NCBI GenBank assembly: GCA_947589665.1
Contig: CANQBJ010000004.1
Coordinates: 4,591 to 68,590 of the forward strand
Reading direction: 5' to 3'
DNA: 64,000 nucleotides
Origin: an uncultured Clostridia bacterium
GTDB taxonomy: Bacteria; Bacillota; Clostridia; Lachnospirales; CAG-274
Each line of letters starts with the position of its first letter. The stretch's first letter is position 1. The translations under genes were made by a program, and so were the position numbers. A model generated the notes under the pieces. The model was not told the DNA's origin. It saw only the letters and a program-made list of their open reading frames with translations, and did no database searches. This document shows, piece after piece, positions 19,587 to 27,604 of this stretch.

Positions 19587-20776
19587 TGAAGCCAAAGGAC
19601 TTTGTAGCCGACAAGGTACAGATAATGCCTTGGTCGGGTATAAGAAAATTTTTTGATATAGCAAGTGAAATGGAGGGAGTTATTTCCCTCGGTGTAGGCG
19701 AGCCTGACTTTGATACTCCGTGGGCAATAAGAGAAAAGGGCATATACAACCTTGAAAAGGGCAAAACCGTCTATTCCTCCAATGCGGGACTTATGGAGCT
19801 GAGGAAGGAAATAGACAGATACCTTACAAGGACAATAGGCGTAAGCTACGACCCTGCCCACGAAATTGTAGTGACGGTAGGAGCAAGCGAAAGCATTGAC
19901 CTTGCCTTAAGAGCAATAATAAACGACGGTGACGAGGTGCTTGTGCCTGAGCCTTCATATGTAAGCTATAAGCCCTGTGTGACTATGGCTGACGGCGTTC
20001 CCGTTGTGGTAAATACAAGGGCGGAAAATAATTTCAGGCTTACTCCCGAGGACATTGCGGACAAGATAACAGATAAGACAAAGGCGCTTCTTCTTCCCTA
20101 TCCAAATAACCCTACAGGTGCTATTATGGAAAAGGAGGATATTGAAAAATTAGCTGAATTTTTAAAGGATAAGAATATACTTGTTATAAGCGACGAGATA
20201 TATTCCGAGCTTACATACGGCGGCAAAAAGCATTGTTCAATAGCCTCTGTTGACTATATGAGGGACAGGACAATAGTTATAAACGGCTTTTCAAAGTCTT
20301 ACGCCATGACAGGCTGGAGACTTGGATATGCAGCGGGCCCTGGGGATATCATATCCGCTATGACCAAGATACACCAGTACTGTATAATGTGCGCGCCGAC
20401 TACAAGCCAGCAGGCAGCTATAGAGGCTCTCAGAAGCTGTGACGATTGTGTTGCCGCTATGAGAAGAGAATACGACAGAAGAAGGAGATTTATGCGTAAG
20501 GGCTTTCTGGATATGGGGCTTGACTGCTATGAGGCACAAGGAGCTTTCTATCTCTTCCCCTGCATTAAGTCAACGGGACTTACCTCAGATGAATTTTGCG
20601 AAAGACTTCTCTTTGAGGAAAAGGTCGCAGTTGTACCCGGCACAGCCTTTGGTCAATGCGGAGAGGGCTTTATAAGATGTTCTTATGCCTATTCCGTAGA
20701 GGAAATAAAGATAGCGCTGGAAAAGATAGCAAAGTTTGTAAAAAAACTAAAAAATGAAAAGAGTGGTATTAAATGA
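19583..20776 (+). CDS. Class I PLP-dependent aminotransferase (AlaT/AspC-like)
   Basis: NPNNPTG, the SKSYAMTGWRLGY lysine motif, and start/stop overlap (ATGA) with the Lrp gene. Confidence 0.85.
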   Translation: MMKPKDFVADKVQIMPWSGIRKFFDIASEMEGVISLGVGEPDFDTPWAIREKGIYNLEKGKTVYSSNAGLMELRKEIDRYLTRTIGVSYDPAHEIVVTVGASESIDLALRAIINDGDEVLVPEPSYVSYKPCVTMADGVPVVVNTRAENNFRLTPEDIADKITDKTKALLLPYPNNPTGAIMEKEDIEKLAEFLKDKNILVISDEIYSELTYGGKKHCSIASVDYMRDRTIVINGFSKSYAMTGWRLGYAAGPGDIISAMTKIHQYCIMCAPTTSQQAAIEALRSCDDCVAAMRREYDRRRRFMRKGFLDMGLDCYEAQGAFYLFPCIKSTGLTSDEFCERLLFEEKVAVVPGTAFGQCGEGFIRCSYAYSVEEIKIALEKIAKFVKKLKNEKSGIK

Positions 20777-21510
20777 AATATGAAGAGCTTACAGAAATTG
20801 TAAAAAACAGTGACAATATAGTGTTTTTAGGCGGTGCGGGAGTATCTACGGAAAGCAATATCCCCGATTTCAGAAGTGAGGACGGACTTTATTCGGCAAA
20901 GACAAAGTACGGCTATTCTCCCGAAACACTTATAAGCAGAAGCTTTTTTGACAGGAATACGGAAATTTTTTACGATTACTATAAGAACAATATGATATAC
21001 CTTGACGCCAAGCCCAACAAGGCCCACTATGCTCTTGCGGAGCTTGAGAAAATGGGCAAGCTTAAGGCGGTGGTCACACAGAATATAGACGGACTGCATC
21101 AGCTTGCAGGCAGCAAGAAGGTATACGAGCTTCACGGAAGCGTACACAGGAATTATTGTATGAAGTGCCATAAGTTCTATACGGCTGAGGATATTATGAG
21201 TATGAAGGGCGTTCCCCACTGTGAGTGCGGCGGACTTATAAAGCCAGACGTAGTACTCTATGAAGAGGGTCTTGACGACGAGGTATGGAGCGCAGCCTAC
21301 AGCGCTATAAGAAATGCCGATGTGCTTATAGTAGGAGGCACATCCCTTGTTGTATATCCTGCTGCCGGACTTGTAGGCATATACAGAGGGAACAAGCTTG
21401 TACTTATAAACAAGAGCACGACAGCCTACGACGTAAGGGCTAAGCTTGCCATACACGAAAGTATAGGTCAGGTGCTTTCCGAAGTAGTTAATAATGTAAA
21501 AATGTTATAA
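20773..21510 (+). CDS. cobB: NAD-dependent protein deacylase, Sir2 family
   Basis: GAGVSTESNIPDFRS, QNIDGLH, a Zn-ribbon (CMKC...CECGG), and VGGTSLVVYPAA. Confidence 0.85.
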   Translation: MKYEELTEIVKNSDNIVFLGGAGVSTESNIPDFRSEDGLYSAKTKYGYSPETLISRSFFDRNTEIFYDYYKNNMIYLDAKPNKAHYALAELEKMGKLKAVVTQNIDGLHQLAGSKKVYELHGSVHRNYCMKCHKFYTAEDIMSMKGVPHCECGGLIKPDVVLYEEGLDDEVWSAAYSAIRNADVLIVGGTSLVVYPAAGLVGIYRGNKLVLINKSTTAYDVRAKLAIHESIGQVLSEVVNNVKML

Positions 21511-21514
21511 AGAT

Positions 21515-21557
21515 AAAAAGCTGCTGAAATCTCAATAAGGATTTCAGCAGCTTTTTT
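21515..21557. terminator. Bidirectional terminator between cobB and the XRE gene
   Basis: 17-bp stem AAAAAGCTGCTGAAATC/GATTTCAGCAGCTTTTT. Confidence 0.85.
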
Positions 21558-21867
21558 ATTTACTTATCAATTCTTTAACAAGTGCAGATATTGTATCCAA
21601 CTGAGTACTATTTAATTTTTTTATATCCTCAATTATTTCATACAGTTTTTGAGGCACTGAAATGTTATTGTCAAAAAAATCCTTAGGCGATATGTTAAGA
21701 TATTCACATATATAAAAGAATACCTGCATAGAGGGAAATGTCTTTTTATTTTCAATTCTGTTTATATAACTTTCGTTTTGTCCGAGAGCAAGGCTCATTT
21801 CTCGTGCAGATACATTTTTCTGTGTCCTAAGCTCTGTAATTCTTTCTGCAAAATCATCCTCATACAT
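21556..21867 (-). CDS. XRE-family HTH transcriptional regulator
   Basis: Cro/C1-type HTH: RTQKNVSAREMSLALGQNESYINRIENKK. Confidence 0.8.
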   Translation of the reverse strand: MYEDDFAERITELRTQKNVSAREMSLALGQNESYINRIENKKTFPSMQVFFYICEYLNISPKDFFDNNISVPQKLYEIIEDIKKLNSTQLDTISALVKELISK

Positions 21868-21940
21868 ATAGAAACCTCCCTTTATAAGATATTATATGCA
21901 TTAAAATATATAATTTAGGACAAATAATATCATTTTTGTG

Positions 21941-21969
21941 TTGACATAGGATATTTAATATCTTATAAT
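21941..21969 (+). promoter_or_regulatory. Consensus sigma-A promoter with a palindromic operator in the spacer, upstream of the LRR-cohesin-dockerin operon
   Basis: TTGACA (21941-46), a 17-nt spacer, then TATAAT (21964-69). The spacer holds the perfect 6-1-6 palindrome GATATT-T-AATATC (21950-62). Related AAGATAT/ATATCTT half-sites occur near 21886 and 21988. Confidence 0.65.
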
Positions 21970-22031
21970 TAAGTAAATCAGACTTTAAATATCTTTATGT
22001 GTCTGAATGTATAATATAAAGGAGGAATTTT

Positions 22032-24272
22032 ATGAAAAATATTATCGGTATCATTATGGCAGCAGTTATGATATTGTCGTGCATAAGCTTTGCCTATGCA
22101 GATAACGAAAATGTGATAAGCTGTGATGACATTGTTGTATCGGGGTCTGCTGTTGAGATTGAAAAAAATGCATCAGACTTGTATGATGAACCCATTAAGA
22201 ATAATGGCTTATGGGAATACAGTGTAAATATTGATGGTATTTATATTTACAAATATCTTGGTACAGATGAGGAAGTGAAAATTCCTGACAGCATTGATGG
22301 TCTGCCTGTAGTTCAGATAGGCAGATATACAAGCTATTCCGGAAGTCACAATAATGTGTTTGAAAATATAACGATAAAAAATGTTGTATTACCAAATACT
22401 GTTAAGACCATTTGCAGTGAGGCATTTGCAGGAACCACCACTCTCAGGAGTATATATATTCCGGAGGGTGTAAGAGAAATAGGAAGCAGAGCATTTGAGG
22501 GCTGTACTTCTCTTACTTCTATTGAAATACCTTCTACTGTTATGAGCTATGATTATGGAGAAAATTTCAAAAATTGCATTTCCTTAACAGATGTAACAAT
22601 AAACACTGGAGCAGATCTACCCTATGATATTTTTAGAGATTGTACAGGTTTGCAGAATGTTAATTTCATAAAACCTATTTCTGTAATCGGAGCGGGTGCG
22701 TTTTCAGGTTGTACTTCCTTGAACGAAATTGAGCTTAAAGAGGGATTGTCCGTATTGAACGACAATGCGTTTAGTAATACTGCGCTTAAATCTGTAAGAT
22801 TTCCTTCTACCCTGAAAACATTGGGAGGCTATTCCTTTGGCAATTGTCATAGTCTTACAAATGTCTTTATAAATAATGGAATTGCAGATATGGGAGAAGC
22901 GTTTTACGATTGTGATATGCTGGAGGAAGTCAATATTCCCGATAGTCTGACGGAAATAAAACCATTTACTTTTTTTAATTGCTCAAATTTAAAAGATATT
23001 GCGATGGGCAGAGGAATTGTTTCTATTGGAAATAATGCCTTTTCAGGATGTATATCACTTGAAAAGGTTGAGTTTGACAGCAATCTGACTAAGATAGGAT
23101 ATTCAGCTTTTGACAACTGCACGGGATTGGAAACAGTCATATTACCTGAGAATATTAAAACTATAGAAAATGGTGCGTTTACAAACTCAGGAGTCAAAAG
23201 AGCAGTTTTTACAGGCCCTGTGCCCATAAACTTCGGCGAATATGTCTTTGAAAAAAATCCATATATGGATTTACAGGAAACAACTATTTTTTACAAGTCC
23301 GGCACTGACTGGACAGAGGGCGCATATAACGGATACAAATGCTATCCTTATCCTACCGTAAATGAAATGGTTGAAATTGAGGATTGTGACAGACTGGGCT
23401 TTATTGTAAATATAAATGATACAGATATAGCTTATACAAAGGGTACTCTTATGGTATGGAGTAATACAGGGGGAAAGGATGATGCCGAGGAAATAACCGT
23501 AAGTATTGAATACGACCCTGAAAATCATATAAGCAGTATTGTACCCATAAATATAGATACAGCAAAGCATAACAATGAAACAGGACTTTATACAGTCGAG
23601 TTCTGCTATGGTACAGGAAGCAGGAAAACCTCTGTCATAAAAAGCGTAAGCGTAAATGTTCCTACCGTTTCAAACAAGGTGGAATTTGAAATTCCAAACA
23701 GCTCTGTTACAACAGACGGAACAGTAAAAATACCTATTAAAATAACGAACAATCCGGGCTTTTCAACATTTGGTATTATTGTAAATTACGACAGTAGTCT
23801 GCTTGTTCCTCTTTCTGTTGAAAACGGAAAAATATGGGGAAGCAATTTTGCAGGCAATCCAGATTATGAACCGGGACAAATTTCAATAAATGGTATGGAC
23901 ATAAAAAATGTAACGACAACAGGAGATCTCTGTTATATTACATTTAAAGTAAATGATAGTGTAAAGGAAAACGTATCAACAGAACTGTCAATAACAGTCA
24001 ATGAACTTTTCAGATATGATGGCAACTATGCTTCATTGCCTATGAGAAGTATTGTTACAAAGGGAATTGTAGATATTCAAAATGTTGTGGAAGGCGATAT
24101 TAATTTTGACGGTCATATAACCGCTATGGATGCAACTCAGGCTCTTCTCTGCGGACTGGGAGTAAAAAATCTTACGGGAACAGCCTTTAATGCTGCGGAT
24201 ACAAATAAAGACGGTATTATAACTCCAATTGATGCAACAAATATACTTTTAAAAGCAACCAGACTTAAATAA
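22032..24272 (+). CDS. Secreted BspA-type leucine-rich-repeat protein with C-terminal cohesin and dockerin modules
   Basis: Signal peptide ending SFAYA. Repeated LRR_5-type units (I.IP..V..IG..AF..C..L). Cohesin-like beta-sandwich (VKIPIKITNNPGFSTFGIIVNYDSSLL). Dockerin with two DxNxDGxIxxxD loops (DINFDGHITAMD, DTNKDGIITPID; nt 24087-24269). Confidence 0.85.
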   Translation: MKNIIGIIMAAVMILSCISFAYADNENVISCDDIVVSGSAVEIEKNASDLYDEPIKNNGLWEYSVNIDGIYIYKYLGTDEEVKIPDSIDGLPVVQIGRYTSYSGSHNNVFENITIKNVVLPNTVKTICSEAFAGTTTLRSIYIPEGVREIGSRAFEGCTSLTSIEIPSTVMSYDYGENFKNCISLTDVTINTGADLPYDIFRDCTGLQNVNFIKPISVIGAGAFSGCTSLNEIELKEGLSVLNDNAFSNTALKSVRFPSTLKTLGGYSFGNCHSLTNVFINNGIADMGEAFYDCDMLEEVNIPDSLTEIKPFTFFNCSNLKDIAMGRGIVSIGNNAFSGCISLEKVEFDSNLTKIGYSAFDNCTGLETVILPENIKTIENGAFTNSGVKRAVFTGPVPINFGEYVFEKNPYMDLQETTIFYKSGTDWTEGAYNGYKCYPYPTVNEMVEIEDCDRLGFIVNINDTDIAYTKGTLMVWSNTGGKDDAEEITVSIEYDPENHISSIVPINIDTAKHNNETGLYTVEFCYGTGSRKTSVIKSVSVNVPTVSNKVEFEIPNSSVTTDGTVKIPIKITNNPGFSTFGIIVNYDSSLLVPLSVENGKIWGSNFAGNPDYEPGQISINGMDIKNVTTTGDLCYITFKVNDSVKENVSTELSITVNELFRYDGNYASLPMRSIVTKGIVDIQNVVEGDINFDGHITAMDATQALLCGLGVKNLTGTAFNAADTNKDGIITPIDATNILLKATRLK

Positions 24273-24287
24273 TAATGAGGTGAAAAA

Positions 24288-25595
24288 ATGAAAAAAATAA
24301 TAAGTATTTTGCTTATAGTGTGTATGACTGCCTTATCAGCAGTAATGGTGTCCGCCGAGGATGTAGCCATTATAAGCATGGGCAATGTAAAAGCGGTATC
24401 AGGACAGGAAATAACAATTCCGTTGAGTGTAGAAAATAATATAAACGGCGTTGCAACTATATTTATGGATATAAGCTATGATAACAGTTATCTTGAATAT
24501 ATAAGCTTTGAAAAGGGCATTTATCAGAGCGAAACAATAGTAAACGGAAATGAACCGGGTATACTTGCACTTGGAACAATGTCTGTAAGCAACTGTACAG
24601 GTGACGGTGTATTGTTTAATTTCAAATTCAAGGTGAAGGACACGGCAGAAAAAAATATCAATATTCCTATCACATTAGATGTAAAAGAATTTCACTATCT
24701 TGACAACAACTACGACCAGATACTTGTCGAGCATATCGTAAATAATGGCTCTGTTATAATTAACGAGGAAAATAAGCCTGTAACAACTGTTACAACCACA
24801 GAGGCGACGACAAAATCAGAGCCGACAACACAGCCGACCACGAAGGCACAGACAACACAAGTAACAACAAAGACAGAGCCTGCAACTCAGGCAACCACAC
24901 AGGCGCCTGAGATCACAACAAAAGCTCCTGTAACTCAGACAACCACACAAGCACCTGTTGATACAACTGAGACACAATCTGAGAGTACCACAGTTGCTGT
25001 TGCGGAAATAGATACAGAGACTACTACCGTAAGTACAAGCTCAGGCGGTGGCGGTGGTGGCGGAAGATACAAGCCTAAGACAACTACTGCAACAACAGAA
25101 ACCACAACAGAGGTAACCACACAGACTGCAGAAAAGCTATCAGAAAAGACCACAGAGGCTACAAAAGAGGATAACGCTATAGCTAAGGAGGTAAGAGTAT
25201 CCATAGGAAGTAATATTATTTCGGTAGGGGATGCCGAATTTATTGTAGATGCTGTGCCATACATACAGCATGAATCAAGCTCAACTCTTATTCCTCTCCG
25301 TTTTGTGGCTATAGCAATAAGTGGTGAAAATATTGTCAATGCCGATACAAGCTCAATAATAGGATGGGACGCCAATAGCAAGACAGCAAGTGTAAATGCA
25401 AAGGGACATACCGTTTCATATACATCAGGCAGTAATGTTATGACTGTTGATGGGAAGGCTGTCACTATGGACAACGGCGTTAAGGCGGAAATAAAAGACG
25501 GCAGAATGTATATTCCTTTCAGAGCATTAGGCAATGCCTTAGGTGTTAAGGTAGACTGGGACGCAGATACTAAAACTGCTATATTCAGTGTGTGA
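24288..25595 (+). CDS. Secreted scaffoldin-like protein: cohesin + Thr/Pro-rich linker + copper-amine-oxidase-N-like (Cu_amine_oxidN1) domain
   Basis: Signal peptide. Cohesin (ITIPLSVENNINGVATIFMDISYDNSYLEY). Roughly 130-aa T/Q/P/E linker containing a GGGGGGG run. C-terminal LIPLRFVA...MYIPFRALGNALGVKVDWDADTKT repeats. Confidence 0.8.
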   Translation: MKKIISILLIVCMTALSAVMVSAEDVAIISMGNVKAVSGQEITIPLSVENNINGVATIFMDISYDNSYLEYISFEKGIYQSETIVNGNEPGILALGTMSVSNCTGDGVLFNFKFKVKDTAEKNINIPITLDVKEFHYLDNNYDQILVEHIVNNGSVIINEENKPVTTVTTTEATTKSEPTTQPTTKAQTTQVTTKTEPATQATTQAPEITTKAPVTQTTTQAPVDTTETQSESTTVAVAEIDTETTTVSTSSGGGGGGGRYKPKTTTATTETTTEVTTQTAEKLSEKTTEATKEDNAIAKEVRVSIGSNIISVGDAEFIVDAVPYIQHESSSTLIPLRFVAIAISGENIVNADTSSIIGWDANSKTASVNAKGHTVSYTSGSNVMTVDGKAVTMDNGVKAEIKDGRMYIPFRALGNALGVKVDWDADTKTAIFSV

Positions 25596-25610
25596 TATAA
25601 TTATATAGAT

Positions 25611-25640
25611 CAATTCCTTCAAGGGGTGTCACAATGTGGC
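25611..25640 (+). terminator. Intrinsic terminator after the scaffoldin-like gene
   Basis: Stem AAGGGGTG../..CACCCCTT followed by TTT. A second hairpin plus T-run (GGTATACAG/CTGTATACC) lies near 25679-25712. Confidence 0.8.
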
Positions 25641-25782
25641 ACCCCTTTTATAAGGTTGTAAATTTACCTAAAGTCACTTGGTATACAGCTTTTACACTGT
25701 ATACCATTTTTATTTGCAAAAATTATAAAATTATGTTATAATATACAAGATTATATTCCTATATAAAAACGGAGGAAGAACA

Positions 25783-27198
25783 GTGGCTTTAAATGAAAAA
25801 ATATCCTCAGCCGAGCTTGAAAGACAGAAAGGCTTTATGGATAAGATAAGAGATATAAATGAAGAGTTTTATAATAAAAAGGGCAGACGAAAAACTATGT
25901 TTATACAGACCTTCGGCTGTCAGATGAATGCTCACGACTCTGAAAAGCTTTACGGTATGCTTGAGGAAATGGGCTATGAGCCTGCCGATGAGGAAAAGGA
26001 CGCTGATTTTGTAATATACAATACCTGCTGCGTAAGAGAAAATGCAGAAAACAGGGTATATGGAAATTTAGGATATCTCAAGCATCAGAAAAAGAGAAAT
26101 CCCTATATGAAAATTGCGCTATGCGGCTGTATGATGCAGCAGGAGACCGTACTGCAGACTATAAAGGAAAAGTACAAGCACGTTGATATAGTATTCGGCA
26201 CCTTTAATCTATATAAACTGGCAGAGCTTATATATATCAATTATGAAACCAATGCCCCTGTATTTGATATATGGAAGGAGCATGGCGAAATAGTTGAGGA
26301 CCTGCCCAGTGTAAGGCACTTTAAGTACAAGGCAAGCGTAAATATTATGTTTGGCTGCAACAACTTCTGCTCCTACTGTATAGTACCCTATGTAAGAGGA
26401 CGTGAAAGGAGCCGCTGCTCAGAGGATATATTAAACGAGATAAGGCAGCTTTCCAAGGACGGAGTAAAAGAGGTAATGCTCTTAGGTCAGAATGTAAACA
26501 GCTACGGCAAAGGACTTGAGGAGGATATAACCTTTGCCCAACTTTTACGCAAAGTAAATGAAATAGAGGGCATCGAGAGAATACGTTTTATGACGTCCCA
26601 TCCCAAGGACTTAAGCGACGAGCTTATATATGCTATGAGAGATTGTGACAAGGTATGCCATCATATCCATTTGCCGTTTCAGGCGGGAAATAATGAAATA
26701 CTTCGTGTTATGAACAGAAAATACACGAAGGAGCAGTATCTTGCTCTTGTGGACAAAATAAGGTCCGAGATACCGGATATAGCAGTTACCACAGATATTA
26801 TAGTGGGATTTCCCGGTGAGGATGACGCCTGCGTGGATGATACCATAGACGTTATAAAAAAGGCAAGGTTCAGCGGCGCCTTTACATTTATATATTCAAA
26901 GAGAACAGGCACACCTGCCGCAGCTATGGAACAGGTACCCGAAGATATCGTCAAGAGGAATTTCAACAGGGTCCTTGATGCTCTTAATCCCATTATATAT
27001 GACATAAACAAGGAAAAGATAGGCAAGGTATACAAGGTGCTGGCAGATGATGTAAGCAGTGACGCTGACTTTATAACGGGCAGACTTGAGGATAACTCTC
27101 TTGTACATTTCAAAGGGGACAGGAGTATGCTTGGGGAGATACTGGACGTCAGGATAACAGACTGCAAAACATTTTATTTAATAGGAGAAAGGATATAA
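25783..27198 (+). CDS. miaB: tRNA-2-methylthio-N6-dimethylallyladenosine synthase
   Basis: UPF0004 N-domain (QTFGCQMN), radical-SAM CNNFCSYCIVP, and a TRAM domain. GTG start after GGAGGAAG. Confidence 0.92.
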   Translation: MALNEKISSAELERQKGFMDKIRDINEEFYNKKGRRKTMFIQTFGCQMNAHDSEKLYGMLEEMGYEPADEEKDADFVIYNTCCVRENAENRVYGNLGYLKHQKKRNPYMKIALCGCMMQQETVLQTIKEKYKHVDIVFGTFNLYKLAELIYINYETNAPVFDIWKEHGEIVEDLPSVRHFKYKASVNIMFGCNNFCSYCIVPYVRGRERSRCSEDILNEIRQLSKDGVKEVMLLGQNVNSYGKGLEEDITFAQLLRKVNEIEGIERIRFMTSHPKDLSDELIYAMRDCDKVCHHIHLPFQAGNNEILRVMNRKYTKEQYLALVDKIRSEIPDIAVTTDIIVGFPGEDDACVDDTIDVIKKARFSGAFTFIYSKRTGTPAAAMEQVPEDIVKRNFNRVLDALNPIIYDINKEKIGKVYKVLADDVSSDADFITGRLEDNSLVHFKGDRSMLGEILDVRITDCKTFYLIGERI

Positions 27199-27202
27199 TA
27201 CC

Positions 27203-27592
27203 ATGACTATATTTGAACAGGCAAGAGACCTTGCAAACGCTCTTCTGGAAAGCGAGCAGGGAAAGAGAATGAGGGAAACTCAGTATATTTTTGACGGAAA
27301 CGATGAGGCAAGGCAGCAGCTTTTAGATTATAACAACTACAGAGATGCTATAAACACTAGGCTGCAGTCGGGAGAGCTTTCCGAAGACGAGATGAAGGCT
27401 GAGGGTAAAAGGCTTCAGGAAATGATAGCCGAGCTTAAGAAAAACCCTATAATAAACGATATGGTGATCGCAGAGGGCAATTTCAGCGCTCTTGTCGATC
27501 AGGTAATGAATATATTCAATGCCACCCTTACGGGAGATATACCAGAGGGCGGATGCAACGGACATTGCAGCGGATGCAGCGGCTGTCATTAA
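27203..27592 (+). CDS. YlbF/YmcA (RicA/RicF)-family protein with C-terminal Cys-rich tail
   Basis: Helical YlbF-like core (A..LA.AL..SE....). The tail GGCNGHCSGCSGCH has four Cys. Confidence 0.7.
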   Translation: MTIFEQARDLANALLESEQGKRMRETQYIFDGNDEARQQLLDYNNYRDAINTRLQSGELSEDEMKAEGKRLQEMIAELKKNPIINDMVIAEGNFSALVDQVMNIFNATLTGDIPEGGCNGHCSGCSGCH

Positions 27593-27604
27593 GGAGTAAT
27601 TATT

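Noticed and set aside
20773-21510. Sir2-domain protein as a possible anti-phage defence (Sir2-type NADase) gene.
   Set aside because: It is 245 aa with an intact Zn-ribbon and canonical sirtuin motifs. It is translationally coupled to an aminotransferase and has no partner effector or sensor gene, all of which fits an ordinary CobB-type deacylase.
24780-25130. Repetitive ACAAC/ACCAC-rich DNA that looks like a tandem repeat array.
   Set aside because: It is in frame within the scaffoldin-like gene and encodes a Thr/Pro/Gln/Glu-rich interdomain linker. It has no regular repeat-spacer periodicity, so it is neither a CRISPR nor an independent repeat element.
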